A stretch of DNA of 64,000 bases, from the NCBI GenBank assembly GCA_031459385.1, contig JAVKIP010000007.1, forward strand, positions 32,001 through 96,000, written 5' to 3'. Shown here one piece after another: positions 30,801-39,921 of this stretch. The notes under the pieces were generated by a model. It worked only from the letters and a program-made list of their open reading frames with translations, was not told the origin of the DNA and did no database searches. Both the position numbers and the translations under genes were made by a program. Origin of the DNA: Candidatus Fervidifonticultor secundus (GTDB taxonomy: Bacteria; Sysuimicrobiota; Sysuimicrobiia; Sysuimicrobiales; Humicultoraceae). The first letter of the stretch is position 1; each line of letters begins with the position of its first letter.

Positions 30801-31280
30801 CGCCTGTTCCAGCGCCTGTTCCAGGGTGGGGGCGGGCAGCTGGAGCTCGTGGAGAGCGACGACGGCGGCGAACCGGGCCTGGAGGTGATCGCCCAGCTGC
30901 CAGGCAAGATGCGCCGGCCGCTGGTGGCGCTCTCGGGCGGCGAACGGGTGCTGGTGGCGCTGGCGCTGATCTTCGCCATGCTGCGCGTCCACCCCAGCCC
31001 CTTCTGCATCTTCGACGAGGTCGAGGCGGCGCTCGACGACGTCAACACTGGGCGGTTCGTGACGCTGTTGCGGGACCTGGCCGAGCGGACCCAGGTCCTG
31101 ATCATCACGCACAACAAGGGGACGATGGCCTGCGCCGACGTCCTCTACGGGGTGACGATGCAGGAGCCGGGCATCTCGTCGCTGGTCTCGGTGCGGCTCG
31201 TGCCGCCGCCCAACGGCCAGTCGGCCCCGGAGTACCCGCAGGAGCCGGCCCGCGAGCCGGTGGCGGCCCCGGGCGACTGA
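27879..31280 (+). CDS. smc: Chromosome segregation protein SMC
   Basis: GFKTF, GPNGSGKSN, Q-loop IGQG, coiled coils, hinge, LSGGE, FDEVEAALD, ITH. Confidence 0.96.
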   Translation: MQLRRLELIGFKTFVTRTELEFHPGVTAIVGPNGSGKSNIFDAIRWALGETNARLLRGGRMDDLIFSGSAGRKPHGIAQVSLTLDNGAGLLPLEFSEITVTRAVTRGGEGRCAINGVDCRLRDVQMLFLGTGLGGRSYALIGQGEVDAVLRATPVERRQWLEEAAGLARHKRQRVEAERRLAHAQAHLERLTDVAAELDAQQQALAAQAAAAARHASLTEEVRDLELALFADEARRLLAAVRRLGAQVAAERDAQAAAARRQAAAAAAVAQAETALAEATAAFERGQATLLEGAEQVTRLAMDAQALAARADALRAGHDHLADEGARLGAALERLHAETAALEQEAAAGQDERQQLTAVVAAAEAALAAAHDAVAQSQTRLGAVRDEVAEVVRSLAQARRDLAAAKARAAVLDQSAEAAAEKARAVREAARRAEEDRDAAQDAVVRARAAAAAAADQVTAAAAVLEARRAEWAALIEQVHEVELEEHRLRARLASIEEAHRELVGLDEGARAILLAARDHPGRFPGLRGAVAELVDAPEDLRPAITAALGRRLHCLVVERRDQIQAVLDFLSADGPRAATIVALEDLRPVPGRARGTNGPYEGLHAAAAVRPADGHEELARRLAEALLGDVVVVDDLEAAWRLVAGGFEGRAATRDGLLVEPDGVLSLGGWPAGELAPLGRGQAIAMLRQTLAEIERTRLELVVRRAAAAERVREADEGLERARAAVERAQAAAFERTQQLERLATAASRLQAEAQVLEDERGSRDDERRRLAAQVQGLEADATRLEDEARRLEALQAALEADGARAAAAYEMAAADLQAARLRMAEAEGRVQALRARVADRRASAVEIERRLQEIETAQQEAAQAVAEVEQRRRAAAAAHDALLASQAAAKADLERLQAERGALREALRELGPVNLRAADEHAAVTARLDALRAQIDDLREASALLRDVIGQINAALRVRFRQTFEDVNAEFGRLFQRLFQGGGGQLELVESDDGGEPGLEVIAQLPGKMRRPLVALSGGERVLVALALIFAMLRVHPSPFCIFDEVEAALDDVNTGRFVTLLRDLAERTQVLIITHNKGTMACADVLYGVTMQEPGISSLVSVRLVPPPNGQSAPEYPQEPAREPVAAPGD

Positions 31281-31297
31281 CGGAGCGGGGCGGGCAC

Positions 31298-32260
31298 GTG
31301 CAGGACCGCCCGGGCTGGTTCGGCCGGCTGCGGCAGACCCTGGCGCGGACCCGGGAGGTGCTCGGCGCACGCGTCGAGGCCCTGCTGGCCGGCCCGCTCG
31401 ACCCCGCGTTCTACGACGAGCTGGAAGAACTCCTCGTCCAGGCGGATCTCGGCGTGCCCCTGGCCCGCGTCGTCGTCGACGATCTGCGCGCGCGGACGGC
31501 CGGGGCGGCGCCGCAGGCGATCAGGGCAGCGCTGGCCGACATCCTGCGGGACCGGCTCGGGCCGCCCGGGCGGCTGCAGCTCGAGCCTACCCCCGCCGTG
31601 GTACTCGTGCTAGGCGTGAACGGGTCGGGGAAGACTACGACGATCGGCAAACTGGCGCACCGGCTGGAGCGAGAGGGCCGCCGCGTGCTGCTGGCTGCGG
31701 CCGACACGTTCCGCGCTGCGGCCATCGACCAGCTGGAGGCCTGGGCGGCCCGGGTCGGTGTGCCTGTGATCCGCCACCGAGAGGGCGCCGACCCGGCCGC
31801 GGTGGTCTTCGATGCCGCGCAGGCCGCGCAGGCCCGCCACGTCGACGTGCTGATCGTCGACACCGCCGGCCGGCTGCACACCAAGGTCAACCTCATGGAG
31901 GAGCTCAAGAAGATCGACCGGGTCGTGGCGCGGGCGCTGCCCGGCTCACCCGTGGAGCGCCTGCTCGTCCTGGACGCGACCACGGGCCAGAACGGGCTGG
32001 CGCAGGCACGCGCCTTTCACCAGGCCGTGCGCCTCACCGGCATCGTCATCACCAAGCTGGATGGGACGGCCAAAGGCGGCATCGCCGTGGCGATCGCGCA
32101 GACGCTGCAGGTGCCCATCGTCTTCATCGGAACCGGCGAGGGCCCCGACGATCTGGCGCCCTTCGATCCGGCGGCCTTCGCCCTGGCCCTGCTGGCCGAC
32201 GACGGCGGGGGCGTGGAGCGGCCCGGCATTGACGGCAGGGCCTCGCCCGCGGTACCGTAG
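31298..32260 (+). CDS. ftsY: SRP receptor FtsY (NG domain only)
   Basis: [32 protein letters not shown]. Confidence 0.96.
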   Translation: MQDRPGWFGRLRQTLARTREVLGARVEALLAGPLDPAFYDELEELLVQADLGVPLARVVVDDLRARTAGAAPQAIRAALADILRDRLGPPGRLQLEPTPAVVLVLGVNGSGKTTTIGKLAHRLEREGRRVLLAAADTFRAAAIDQLEAWAARVGVPVIRHREGADPAAVVFDAAQAAQARHVDVLIVDTAGRLHTKVNLMEELKKIDRVVARALPGSPVERLLVLDATTGQNGLAQARAFHQAVRLTGIVITKLDGTAKGGIAVAIAQTLQVPIVFIGTGEGPDDLAPFDPAAFALALLADDGGGVERPGIDGRASPAVP

Positions 32261-32295
32261 GGAGGATCTCATCCGTCAAGGGAATCCACTTTACG
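32229..32295 (+). promoter_or_regulatory. Promoter and inverted repeat upstream of ylxM-ffh
   Basis: TTGACG-N18-TACCGT, then CGTCAAG-N8-CTTTACG imperfect palindrome at 32274-32295. Confidence 0.5.
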
Positions 32296-32308
32296 TAGTG
32301 AGGACCCG

Positions 32309-33169
32309 ATGGATCGCGCACTCGCGGGGCGTGACCGTGCCAACCGTCTGCTGGATCGCTACGGCCGCCTGCTGACCACCCGGCAGCGGGAGTTCCTGGT
32401 GCGGTACTACCAGGACGACCTCTCGCTGGGTGAGATCGCGACGCAGCTGCACATCTCGCGGCAGGCGGTGCACGACGGCCTGCGGCGGGCCCTGGGCATG
32501 CTGGAGCGGTTCGAGGCCGCCCTGGGGCTCGTGGCCGGCGCGCAGCGCGCCGGCACGGAGCACTACTTCTCGCGGACCCCGCGGTCGGCCGCGCAGCCCC
32601 GGACCGTGCGCGCGACGCTCCGCGGGCGCCCGTGGGCGTTCCAGGTGGCCCGGGGCGTGTTCGCGCGCCGGGGCGTGGATGCGGGCACCCGCCTGGTGAT
32701 CGAGACGATGCAGATCGACCCCACCGACCGGGTGCTCGACCTGGGCTGTGGTTACGGCGCCATTGGCTTGGTGGCCGCAGCGCTAGCGCCCCGGGGCAGC
32801 GCGTGGCTGATCGACGCCAACGCGCGTGCCGCGGCGCTGGCCCGCGCCAACGCCGCAGCCAACCACCTGGCCAACGTGGCGGTGCTCGTCGGCGACCGCG
32901 CCGCGGCCATCCGGAACGCCTCGATGGACGTCGTGGTCACCAACCCGCCGATCCGCGCGGGCCGGCGCGTGGTGACGGCCTTCATCGATGACGCCCACCG
33001 TGTGCTCCGGCCGGGCGGGCGCTTCTACCTGGTGGCGCGCACCGCGCAGGGCGCCAGGACCCTGGCGCGGCTGATCGAGGCGCGGTTCGGCAGCGTGCGG
33101 CAGGCGGCGCTGCGCGCCGGCTACCGCGTCTACGAGGCAAGGCGCGGCCCGGAGCCCGCGGGTGTTTGA
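32309..33169 (+). CDS. ylxM: YlxM (UPF0122 HTH) fused to an RsmC/YbxB-like class I SAM methyltransferase
   Basis: N-term YGRLLTTRQ..YYQDDLSLGEIA..SRQAVHD; C-term HYFS..GVF..VDAGT, DLGCGYG, TNPPIRAG; one open frame between ftsY and ffh. Confidence 0.88.
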   Translation: MDRALAGRDRANRLLDRYGRLLTTRQREFLVRYYQDDLSLGEIATQLHISRQAVHDGLRRALGMLERFEAALGLVAGAQRAGTEHYFSRTPRSAAQPRTVRATLRGRPWAFQVARGVFARRGVDAGTRLVIETMQIDPTDRVLDLGCGYGAIGLVAAALAPRGSAWLIDANARAAALARANAAANHLANVAVLVGDRAAAIRNASMDVVVTNPPIRAGRRVVTAFIDDAHRVLRPGGRFYLVARTAQGARTLARLIEARFGSVRQAALRAGYRVYEARRGPEPAGV

Positions 33170-34490
33170 GGGGCTGCAGCAGCGTCTGGGCGAGATCGTC
33201 CGCAGGCTGACGGGCCGCGGTGTGCTCTCGGCCGAGGACGTCGACGCCGCACTGCGCGAGGTGCGCCTGGCGCTCCTGGAGGCCGACGTCCACTTCAAGG
33301 TCGTGCGCGACTTCACCGCCCGTCTGCGCGAGGCAGCGGTGGGGCAGGAGGTCTGGAAGCACCTCAACCCCGGCCAGCAGGTCGTCAAGCTCGTCCACGC
33401 CGAGCTCACCCGTCTGCTGGGCGGCGGCGCCCGCGAGCTCCGCTTCGCGCCCGCGCCGCCGTCCGTGGTGCTGCTGGTGGGGCTGAACGGCGTCGGCAAG
33501 ACCACCTCGGCGGCCAAGCTCGCCCGGTGGCTGCGGCGGCGGGGCAAGATGCCCCTGCTGGTGGCCACCGACCTCAAGCGCCCCGCGGCGATCGAGCAGC
33601 TGCGCGTGGTCGGCGCGGCGGTGGGCGTGCCGGTCTTCGCGCAGGACGACGCGCTCGACCCCCTCGCCGTAGCCCGCGCCGCCGTGGCGCACGCCCGCGA
33701 GGCGGGGAGCGACGTCGTGGTGGTGGACTCCGCCGGGCGCCAGCACGCCGACGAGGAGCTCATGGCCGAACTGAGCGCAATGCACGCAGCCCTGCGCCCG
33801 CAGGAGACCCTGCTGGTCCTGGACGCCATGGCCGGGCAGGACGCCGTGACGATGGCCGAGCGCTTCGCGTCGCGCCTGCCCATCGACGGGCTGATCCTCA
33901 CCAAGCTCGACGGCGACGCCCGCGGCGGTGCCGCGCTGTCGGTGGTGGCGACCCTGGGGCGGCCGATCCTGTTCGTCGGGGCCGGCGAGAAGCTCGATGC
34001 CCTGGAGCCCTTCCACCCCGACCGCATGGCGGGACGCATTCTGGGCATGGGTGACGTCCTCACGCTCATCGAGAAGGCTGAGGCCACGGTCTCGGCGGAG
34101 CGTGCCGCCGAGCTCGAGCGCAGGCTGCGCCGCGCGCGGTTCACGTTCGAGGACTTCCTTGAGCAGCTGAAGCAGGTGCGCCAGATGGGCCCGCTCGACC
34201 AGTTGCTGGAGATGATCCCGGGCTTTGCCCGCGCGCGGGCGGTGGGGCTCTCGGTGGACGAGCGTCAGCTCCGGCGCGTCGAGGCCATGATCCAATCCAT
34301 GACGCCCGCCGAGCGCGCGGACCCGGCTCTGATCGACGGCAGCCGGCGCCGGCGGATCGCGCGGGGCAGCGGGACCACGGTCCAGGACGTGAACCGGCTC
34401 TTGAAGCAGTTCGAGGAGACCCGGCGCCTGCTGCGTCACGTGGACGAGCGGGGCCGCAGCGGTCGCGGGTTGCCGTTCCCGCCCCGCTGA
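33162..34490 (+). CDS. ffh: Signal recognition particle protein
   Basis: ALLEADV, GLNGVGKTT, DSAGR, TKLDGDARGG, RILGMGD, M domain SMT..ER, RIARGSG. Confidence 0.97.
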   Translation: MFEGLQQRLGEIVRRLTGRGVLSAEDVDAALREVRLALLEADVHFKVVRDFTARLREAAVGQEVWKHLNPGQQVVKLVHAELTRLLGGGARELRFAPAPPSVVLLVGLNGVGKTTSAAKLARWLRRRGKMPLLVATDLKRPAAIEQLRVVGAAVGVPVFAQDDALDPLAVARAAVAHAREAGSDVVVVDSAGRQHADEELMAELSAMHAALRPQETLLVLDAMAGQDAVTMAERFASRLPIDGLILTKLDGDARGGAALSVVATLGRPILFVGAGEKLDALEPFHPDRMAGRILGMGDVLTLIEKAEATVSAERAAELERRLRRARFTFEDFLEQLKQVRQMGPLDQLLEMIPGFARARAVGLSVDERQLRRVEAMIQSMTPAERADPALIDGSRRRRIARGSGTTVQDVNRLLKQFEETRRLLRHVDERGRSGRGLPFPPR

Positions 34491-34580
34491 CCGCACGGGG
34501 AGTTCGGGCCGCCGCGCTGGCTCAGGCTCGCGGTATCCCCGGAGCGCACGCGCAGAGCGCATGCTGCGAGGAGGCAGACG

Positions 34581-34856
34581 ATGGCCGTCAAGATCCGCCT
34601 GATGCGCATGGGAGCCAAGCACCAGCCTGTCTACCGGGTGGTGGTGGCCGACTCCCGGACGCCCCGTGGGGGCAAGTACCTCGAGGCGCTGGGCTACTAC
34701 AACCCGCGCACCGAGCCCTCCACGATCCGGCTCGACGAGGACCGGGTGCGCCGGTGGTTGGACCGGGGCGCTCGCCCCTCCCAGGCCGCGCGGGTGCTGC
34801 TGGAGAAGACCGGCATCCTGCGGCGCTGGGAGGCGGGCCGCTCGCAGCCCGCGTAG
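34581..34856 (+). CDS. rpsP: 30S ribosomal protein S16
   Basis: [25 protein letters not shown]. Confidence 0.97.
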   Translation: MAVKIRLMRMGAKHQPVYRVVVADSRTPRGGKYLEALGYYNPRTEPSTIRLDEDRVRRWLDRGARPSQAARVLLEKTGILRRWEAGRSQPA

Positions 34857-34866
34857 GGGCCGGGAC

Positions 34867-35169
34867 GTGGCCGCGGCGGACGTGCGGGCGCTCGTCGAGT
34901 ACGTCGTCCGCGGGCTCGTGAGCCAGCCCGCGGCCGTGCGCGTTGAGGCCACTGCGCGCGAGCGTGTGCTGGTCGTGGAGGTGCGGGTCGCGCCGGAGGA
35001 CGTCGGCAAGGTGATCGGGCGCCGCGGCCGGGTGATCGGCGCGCTGCGCACGGTGGCCCGGACCGCGGCGGCGCGGGCCGGCCGCCGCGTGCACGTGGAG
35101 ATCGTCCCGTACCCCCCCATCCAAGGAGGAGCGCATGAGCATTACCCTCGTCCGGCCGGTGGTCGTTAA
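34867..35169 (+). CDS. khpA: KH-domain RNA-binding protein (YlqC/KhpA)
   Basis: EDVGKVIGRRGR GxxG loop, between rpsP and ylqD. Confidence 0.9.
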   Translation: MAAADVRALVEYVVRGLVSQPAAVRVEATARERVLVVEVRVAPEDVGKVIGRRGRVIGALRTVARTAAARAGRRVHVEIVPYPPIQGGAHEHYPRPAGGR

Positions 35170-35539
35170 GGCCATCGTCACCGAGTCGTTCAAGCGCCAG
35201 TATCTCAGCGAGCTCGAGGACATGATCCGGCGCCTCGACGCCGTGATCGGGCAGATCGACACCCAGATCCGGCGCGCGGAGCTCGAGCGGCAGATCACGC
35301 CGCAGTCGCGGGCGATCCGCCAGCAGCTGGAGCTGGAGCGGTCGCGCCAGGAAGCGGCGCGCGCCGAGCTGAGCGCGCGGGTGCGCGAGGCCGAGGCGCT
35401 GGAGCTCCACTCGGAGTTCTCCCAGGGCACGGTGGAGAGCCTGGTCGAGGTGAACATCGGCGACAACTTCTTCTCGCGGCTTGCGCGCACCGAGATCGTC
35501 ATCAAGGATGGGATCGTCATCGAGATCCGCGAGGGGTAG
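35135..35539 (+). CDS. ylqD: YlqD family protein
   Basis: RPVVVKAIVTE..QGTVESLVEVNIGD..EIVIKDG..EIR; strong AAGGAGG RBS. Confidence 0.9.
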   Translation: MSITLVRPVVVKAIVTESFKRQYLSELEDMIRRLDAVIGQIDTQIRRAELERQITPQSRAIRQQLELERSRQEAARAELSARVREAEALELHSEFSQGTVESLVEVNIGDNFFSRLARTEIVIKDGIVIEIREG

Positions 35540-36068
35540 GCCCGCGGGCGCGCCGCCCGCGCCGCCGGCATGGATCGTCGTTGGCAGGATCGTCCGGCCA
35601 CACGGGGTGCGGGGCGAGGTGCGGGTGCGGCCCGAGACGGACTTCCCTGAGCGCCTGGCCGGCCGCCGCCGGGTGCACCTGCGTCGGGAGGGCGCCCTCA
35701 GCCCCGTGGAGATTACCGGGGTGCGCCCGCACGGCGCGGCGCTGCTGGTGACGCTGCGGGGGGTGGACAGTCTCGAGGCTGCCGAGCGCCTGCGGGGGGC
35801 GGAGCTCGTCGTCGCGCGGCGCACGCTGCCGCGGCTGGGGCCGAACGAGTTCTACCTGTTCGAGATCATCGGCCTGCGGGCGCGGACCGAGGACGGGCGG
35901 CTGCTCGGCGTGGTGGCCGAAGTGGTGCGGGGGCCCGCGCACGACGTCTACGTCGTGCGCGGCGAGGCCGGCGAGGTGCTGGTGCCGGCGCTCCGCGAGG
36001 TCGTGCGGCGGGTCGACCGTGCCGCCGGCGAACTGGTCGTCCGCCTGCCCGCTGGCTTGGAGGCGTAG
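35508..36068 (+). CDS. rimM: Ribosome maturation factor RimM (start approximate)
   Basis: [30 protein letters not shown] barrel. Confidence 0.93.
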   Translation: MGSSSRSARGRPAGAPPAPPAWIVVGRIVRPHGVRGEVRVRPETDFPERLAGRRRVHLRREGALSPVEITGVRPHGAALLVTLRGVDSLEAAERLRGAELVVARRTLPRLGPNEFYLFEIIGLRARTEDGRLLGVVAEVVRGPAHDVYVVRGEAGEVLVPALREVVRRVDRAAGELVVRLPAGLEA

Positions 36069-36069
36069 G

Positions 36070-36816
36070 GTGCGGATCGACATCGTCACGATCTTCCCCG
36101 AGGCCATTCGGCCCGCGCTGGAGGTGTCGCTGTTGGGGCGGGCGCGGCAGCGAGGCCTGCTGGCCATCGCTGTCCACGATCTGCGCGACTACACCACCGA
36201 CCGACACCGTCAGGTCGACGACGTCCCCTACGGCGGCGGGCCCGGGATGGTGATGAAGCCCGAACCGTTCTTCGCGGCGGTCGAGGCCCTGACCCCGCCG
36301 GCGGGGCCGCGGCCGCGCGTGCTGCTGACCTCGCCCCAGGGCCGGCGTTTCGACCAGCGGATGGCCGAGGAGCTGAGCCGCGCAGAGCACCTGATCATCC
36401 TGTGCGGCCGCTACGAAGGCGTGGACGAGCGGGTGGTCACCGGGCTGCCCGCCGAGGAGATCTCGATCGGCGACTACGTGCTCGCCGGCGGCGAGCTGGC
36501 GGCGCTGGTCATCGTGGACGCCACCGTGCGACTGCTCCCCGGTGTGGTGGGGGACGCGCAGTCGGTCGCTGCCGACTCCTTCACCGGCGGGCTGCTGGAC
36601 TACCCGCACTACACGCGACCTGCGGAGTTCCGGGGACTGCGCGTGCCCGAGGTCCTGCTCCGCGGCCACCATGCCGAGATCCGCCGCTGGCGTCGCCGCG
36701 AGCAGCTGCGCCGCACCCTGCAGCGCCGGCCCGACCTGCTGGCGCAGGCGGTGCTCAGTGACGAGGACCGGGCGCTGCTGGCCGAGGTCCAGGCCGAGGA
36801 GGCGCGCGGTCGGTAG
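36070..36816 (+). CDS. trmD: tRNA (guanine-N1)-methyltransferase
   Basis: [41 protein letters not shown]. Confidence 0.97.
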   Translation: MRIDIVTIFPEAIRPALEVSLLGRARQRGLLAIAVHDLRDYTTDRHRQVDDVPYGGGPGMVMKPEPFFAAVEALTPPAGPRPRVLLTSPQGRRFDQRMAEELSRAEHLIILCGRYEGVDERVVTGLPAEEISIGDYVLAGGELAALVIVDATVRLLPGVVGDAQSVAADSFTGGLLDYPHYTRPAEFRGLRVPEVLLRGHHAEIRRWRRREQLRRTLQRRPDLLAQAVLSDEDRALLAEVQAEEARGR

Positions 36817-36961
36817 CCCGGCGGTGCTTCCGCCGCTGGCGCGGTGGTGCGTGTCCTGCGGCCGGCTGCCGCCGCCCGCGCTTGGCCCGGGGCCGCGGGC
36901 TGTGCTAGAATGCACAATCGTGACCGGCGCCGCCTTGCGGCCGGACGAGGAGACCACAGCC

Positions 36962-37303
36962 ATGGACAGGGTGAAGGCCGTCGAGGCCGCGTTCCTCAAG
37001 AAGCAGGTCCCCGACTTCCGCCCCGGCGACACCGTCCGGGTGCACGTCAAGGTCACCGAAGGCGGCCGCGAGCGGCTGCAGATGTTCGAGGGCACCGTCA
37101 TCGCCCGCCGCGGCGGCGGCACCGGGGCCACGTTCACCGTGCGGCGCATCAGCCACGGCATAGGGGTCGAGCGCATCTTCCCGCTGCACTCGCCGCGCGT
37201 GGAGAAGATCGACGTCGTCCGCCGTGGTCGCGTCCGGCGGGCCAAGCTGCACTATCTTCGGGGCAAGGTGGGGAAGGAGACCCGCATCAAGGAGCAGCGG
37301 TAG
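36962..37303 (+). CDS. rplS: 50S ribosomal protein L19
   Basis: [37 protein letters not shown]; TGnTAGAAT extended -10 upstream. Confidence 0.97.
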   Translation: MDRVKAVEAAFLKKQVPDFRPGDTVRVHVKVTEGGRERLQMFEGTVIARRGGGTGATFTVRRISHGIGVERIFPLHSPRVEKIDVVRRGRVRRAKLHYLRGKVGKETRIKEQR

Positions 37304-37321
37304 GACGCTGCCCCATCGCGC

Positions 37322-37975
37322 ATGACTCGCGACATCCTGACGGTCGTCGAGCGACTGCCGTTCGGTATCCCAACCTTCATCGTGCTGCTCGCAGCCGGCC
37401 TGCTGGTGCTGCGCACGGTGGTCCGGCGGAGTTACCGCTTGCCGCCGGCGGTGCGCCTCTCCATCGTCGAAACGCTGGACGCCACGATCTTCGCGGCCTT
37501 GCTGTCGCTGGTCATCATCGTCTTCGTCGTCCAGGCGTTCTTCATCCCGTCGGGGTCCATGGAGCCCACGCTGCGGGTGGGCGACCGGATCCTCGTCGGC
37601 AAGTTCGCCTACCGCTTCTGGGACGTCCAGCGTGGCGATATCATCGTCTTCCGGTACCCGCTCAATCCCAACAAAGACTTCGTCAAGCGTGTCGTCGGGC
37701 TGCCCGGCGAGCGCATCGAGATGAAGGAGGGCCTGGTGCGAATCAACGGCCGGACGCTGTCGGAAGTCTACCCGACGGCGCTACCGGGCGGCGACCGGGC
37801 GTGTGCCAGCACCTACGGCCCCGAGGTCGTCCCGCCCGGGCACGTCTTCGTACTGGGCGATAACCGCTGTAACAGCGAGGACAGTCGCTTCTTCGGCTTC
37901 GTGCCCGTGAAGAACATCGTGGGCCGGGCGCTGGTGGTCTACTGGCCGCCCGACCGGATCGGGCTCGTCCGGTGA
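37322..37975 (+). CDS. lepB: Signal peptidase I
   Basis: IPSGSMEPTL, FVKRVVGLPG, GDNR..SEDSR. Confidence 0.95.
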   Translation: MTRDILTVVERLPFGIPTFIVLLAAGLLVLRTVVRRSYRLPPAVRLSIVETLDATIFAALLSLVIIVFVVQAFFIPSGSMEPTLRVGDRILVGKFAYRFWDVQRGDIIVFRYPLNPNKDFVKRVVGLPGERIEMKEGLVRINGRTLSEVYPTALPGGDRACASTYGPEVVPPGHVFVLGDNRCNSEDSRFFGFVPVKNIVGRALVVYWPPDRIGLVR

Positions 37976-37981
37976 GGCGCC

Positions 37982-38818
37982 ATGGCCCGGCGGGCCGCTG
38001 ACCGGCCGCCCGACCACGGTTCCCGGCCGACGCTCGCGGCGCTCGCCGCAGCCCTGCAGGCGGGTGTCTTGTCGGTGGCCGACCTCGCCCGCGACCCGCG
38101 GGCGGGCGCGCGGCAGCTGGCCGCGCAGTGGGCGCGGCGCCAGGTCCGCGCCCAAGCCGAGCGGGCGCGGCTGCGGGCGCTGTTCGCGCACGAGCGGGCA
38201 GCCTGGGCGGCGGGGCTCGCACCGGTCGCGGGCCTGGACGAGGCCGGCCGCGGCCCACTGGCCGGCCCGGTGGTGGCCGCCGCCGTCGTGTTCTCCGAGG
38301 AAGTGGCCGTCCCCGGGTTGCGCGACTCCAAGCGTCTGCCGCCAGAGGGCCGTCTGGCGGTCTACGAGCGGCTGCTACGCTGCGGTGCCGCGGTCGGAAT
38401 CGGGGTGGCCGGGGTAGACGAGATCGACCGGCTGAACATCCTGGGCGCCACGGCCCTGGCCTGGACCCGCGCGCTGGCCGGACTGCCCGCGACACCGGCT
38501 CTGGTGCTCATCGACGGACACCTGCGGGCGCCAGTGACGATTGCGCAGCGGCCGATCGTGAAGGGCGACGCGCAGTGCGCGTCGATCGCGGCCGCGTCGA
38601 TCGTGGCCAAGGTAACGCGCGACCGGCTGATGCGCGACCTGGACCAGCGCTTCCCGCAGTACGGGTTCGCCCGCCATAAAGGGTACGCGACCGCCGCGCA
38701 CCTGGCGGCCCTGCGCCGCCACGGCCCCTGCCCGGCACACCGCCGGGCGTTCCTGCCCGCTGACCTGCAGCAGGAGGCGCTATGGCCGGCGCCCCGGGCG
38801 CGGGAGGGCGCGCGGTGA
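37982..38818 (+). CDS. rnhB: Ribonuclease HII
   Basis: GLDEAGRGPLAGPV, DSK, IDG, KGD..SIAAASIVAKVTRD, HKGY. Confidence 0.96.
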   Translation: MARRAADRPPDHGSRPTLAALAAALQAGVLSVADLARDPRAGARQLAAQWARRQVRAQAERARLRALFAHERAAWAAGLAPVAGLDEAGRGPLAGPVVAAAVVFSEEVAVPGLRDSKRLPPEGRLAVYERLLRCGAAVGIGVAGVDEIDRLNILGATALAWTRALAGLPATPALVLIDGHLRAPVTIAQRPIVKGDAQCASIAAASIVAKVTRDRLMRDLDQRFPQYGFARHKGYATAAHLAALRRHGPCPAHRRAFLPADLQQEALWPAPRAREGAR

Positions 38819-38851
38819 GCCCGCGGTGCCACGATCTTGCGGCGCTGGCTG

Positions 38852-38994
38852 TTACGCGGGCGTGAGGTCCAGGGCCTCGACGACCCGCACGAACGGAATC
38901 TGGGCCGCCCGGTTGACCTCCTCGACCGGCGAGGGTCGGGCGCCTCGAACAGACACATGACGTGCGCCTCACCGCGCACGAAGGTGTTCTCGAG
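38852..38994 (-). pseudogene. C-terminal relic of a DUF4242-like small protein (5'-truncated, frameshifted)
   Basis: Manual minus-strand translation gives LENTFVRGEAHVMCLFEAPDP, then a shifted frame VEEVNRAAQIPFVRVVEALDLTPA*; an in-frame TGA precedes it. Confidence 0.6.
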
Positions 38995-39011
38995 TCAGGA
39001 CACGAGTAGGC

Positions 39012-39914
39012 TCACGCGCGCCGGCCGCGCAGCCGGGGATCCAGCAGGTCGCGCAGCGCGTCGCCCACGAACATGAAAGCCGCCACCGTTGCGCCGATGG
39101 CCAGGCCCGGCGCGATGGGCACCCACCAGGCCGTCAGCAGGAACTGGCGGCCCTGGGCCACCATGAACCCCCACTCGGGCAGCGGTGGCTTCGCGCCCAG
39201 ACCTACGAAGCTCAGGCTGGCGGTGATCAGGATGGCGTTGCCGGCATCGGTGGCCAGCTGCACCAGCAGGGGCGCCAGGCAGTTGGGCAGCAGGTGGCGG
39301 CCCAGCACCCGGGCCTCGCCCGCCCCCAGCGCTCGCGCCGCCTCGACGTAGGGGAGGTGCGCCAGGGCCAGCACCTGGCCCCGCATCAGCCGCGCGTACC
39401 GCGGCCACCAGGCGATCCCCACGGCCAGGACCGCGTTGGCCAGGCTGGCGCCCAGCGCCGCCACGATGGCCATGGCCAGCAGGAACGACGGGAACGCCAG
39501 GAAGATGTCGGCGGTGCGCATGATGGCCTCGTCGAGGAGGCCACCGCGATAGCCGGCCACGATCCCCAGCGGCACGCCCAGGGCGCACGCCACGGCCAGC
39601 ACGAACCCCGCCACGGCCAGGGAGACCCGCGCTCCCACCATCACGCGGCTCAGCACGTCGCGGCCAAGGTCGTCGGTGCCGAACGGGTGCGCTGCGCCGG
39701 GAGGCTGGAAGCGCTGCTCGACGGCGATGGCGTAGGGGTCGCGCGGCAGGTAGACGGTGCTGAGCAGCGCCACCGCGCCGATGGCGCCCAGCAGCAGCAG
39801 GCCGGCCACCGCGCCGGCGTTGGCCCGCAGGCGCCGCCACAGGCCCGCACGCCGGCGGGCCGTTGCGGGCCAGGCGGCCGGCAGGGCGAGGGCGGAAGCA
39901 GACAGGCGGCGCAC
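39012..39914 (-). CDS. Peptide/nickel ABC transporter permease (DppC-like)
   Basis: HPFGTDDLGRD, YVEAARALGA EAA loop, HLLPN, LSFVGLG..PEWG, GDALRDLLDPR. Confidence 0.95.
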   Translation of the reverse strand: MRRLSASALALPAAWPATARRRAGLWRRLRANAGAVAGLLLLGAIGAVALLSTVYLPRDPYAIAVEQRFQPPGAAHPFGTDDLGRDVLSRVMVGARVSLAVAGFVLAVACALGVPLGIVAGYRGGLLDEAIMRTADIFLAFPSFLLAMAIVAALGASLANAVLAVGIAWWPRYARLMRGQVLALAHLPYVEAARALGAGEARVLGRHLLPNCLAPLLVQLATDAGNAILITASLSFVGLGAKPPLPEWGFMVAQGRQFLLTAWWVPIAPGLAIGATVAAFMFVGDALRDLLDPRLRGRRA

Positions 39915-39921
39915 GGCGCGG

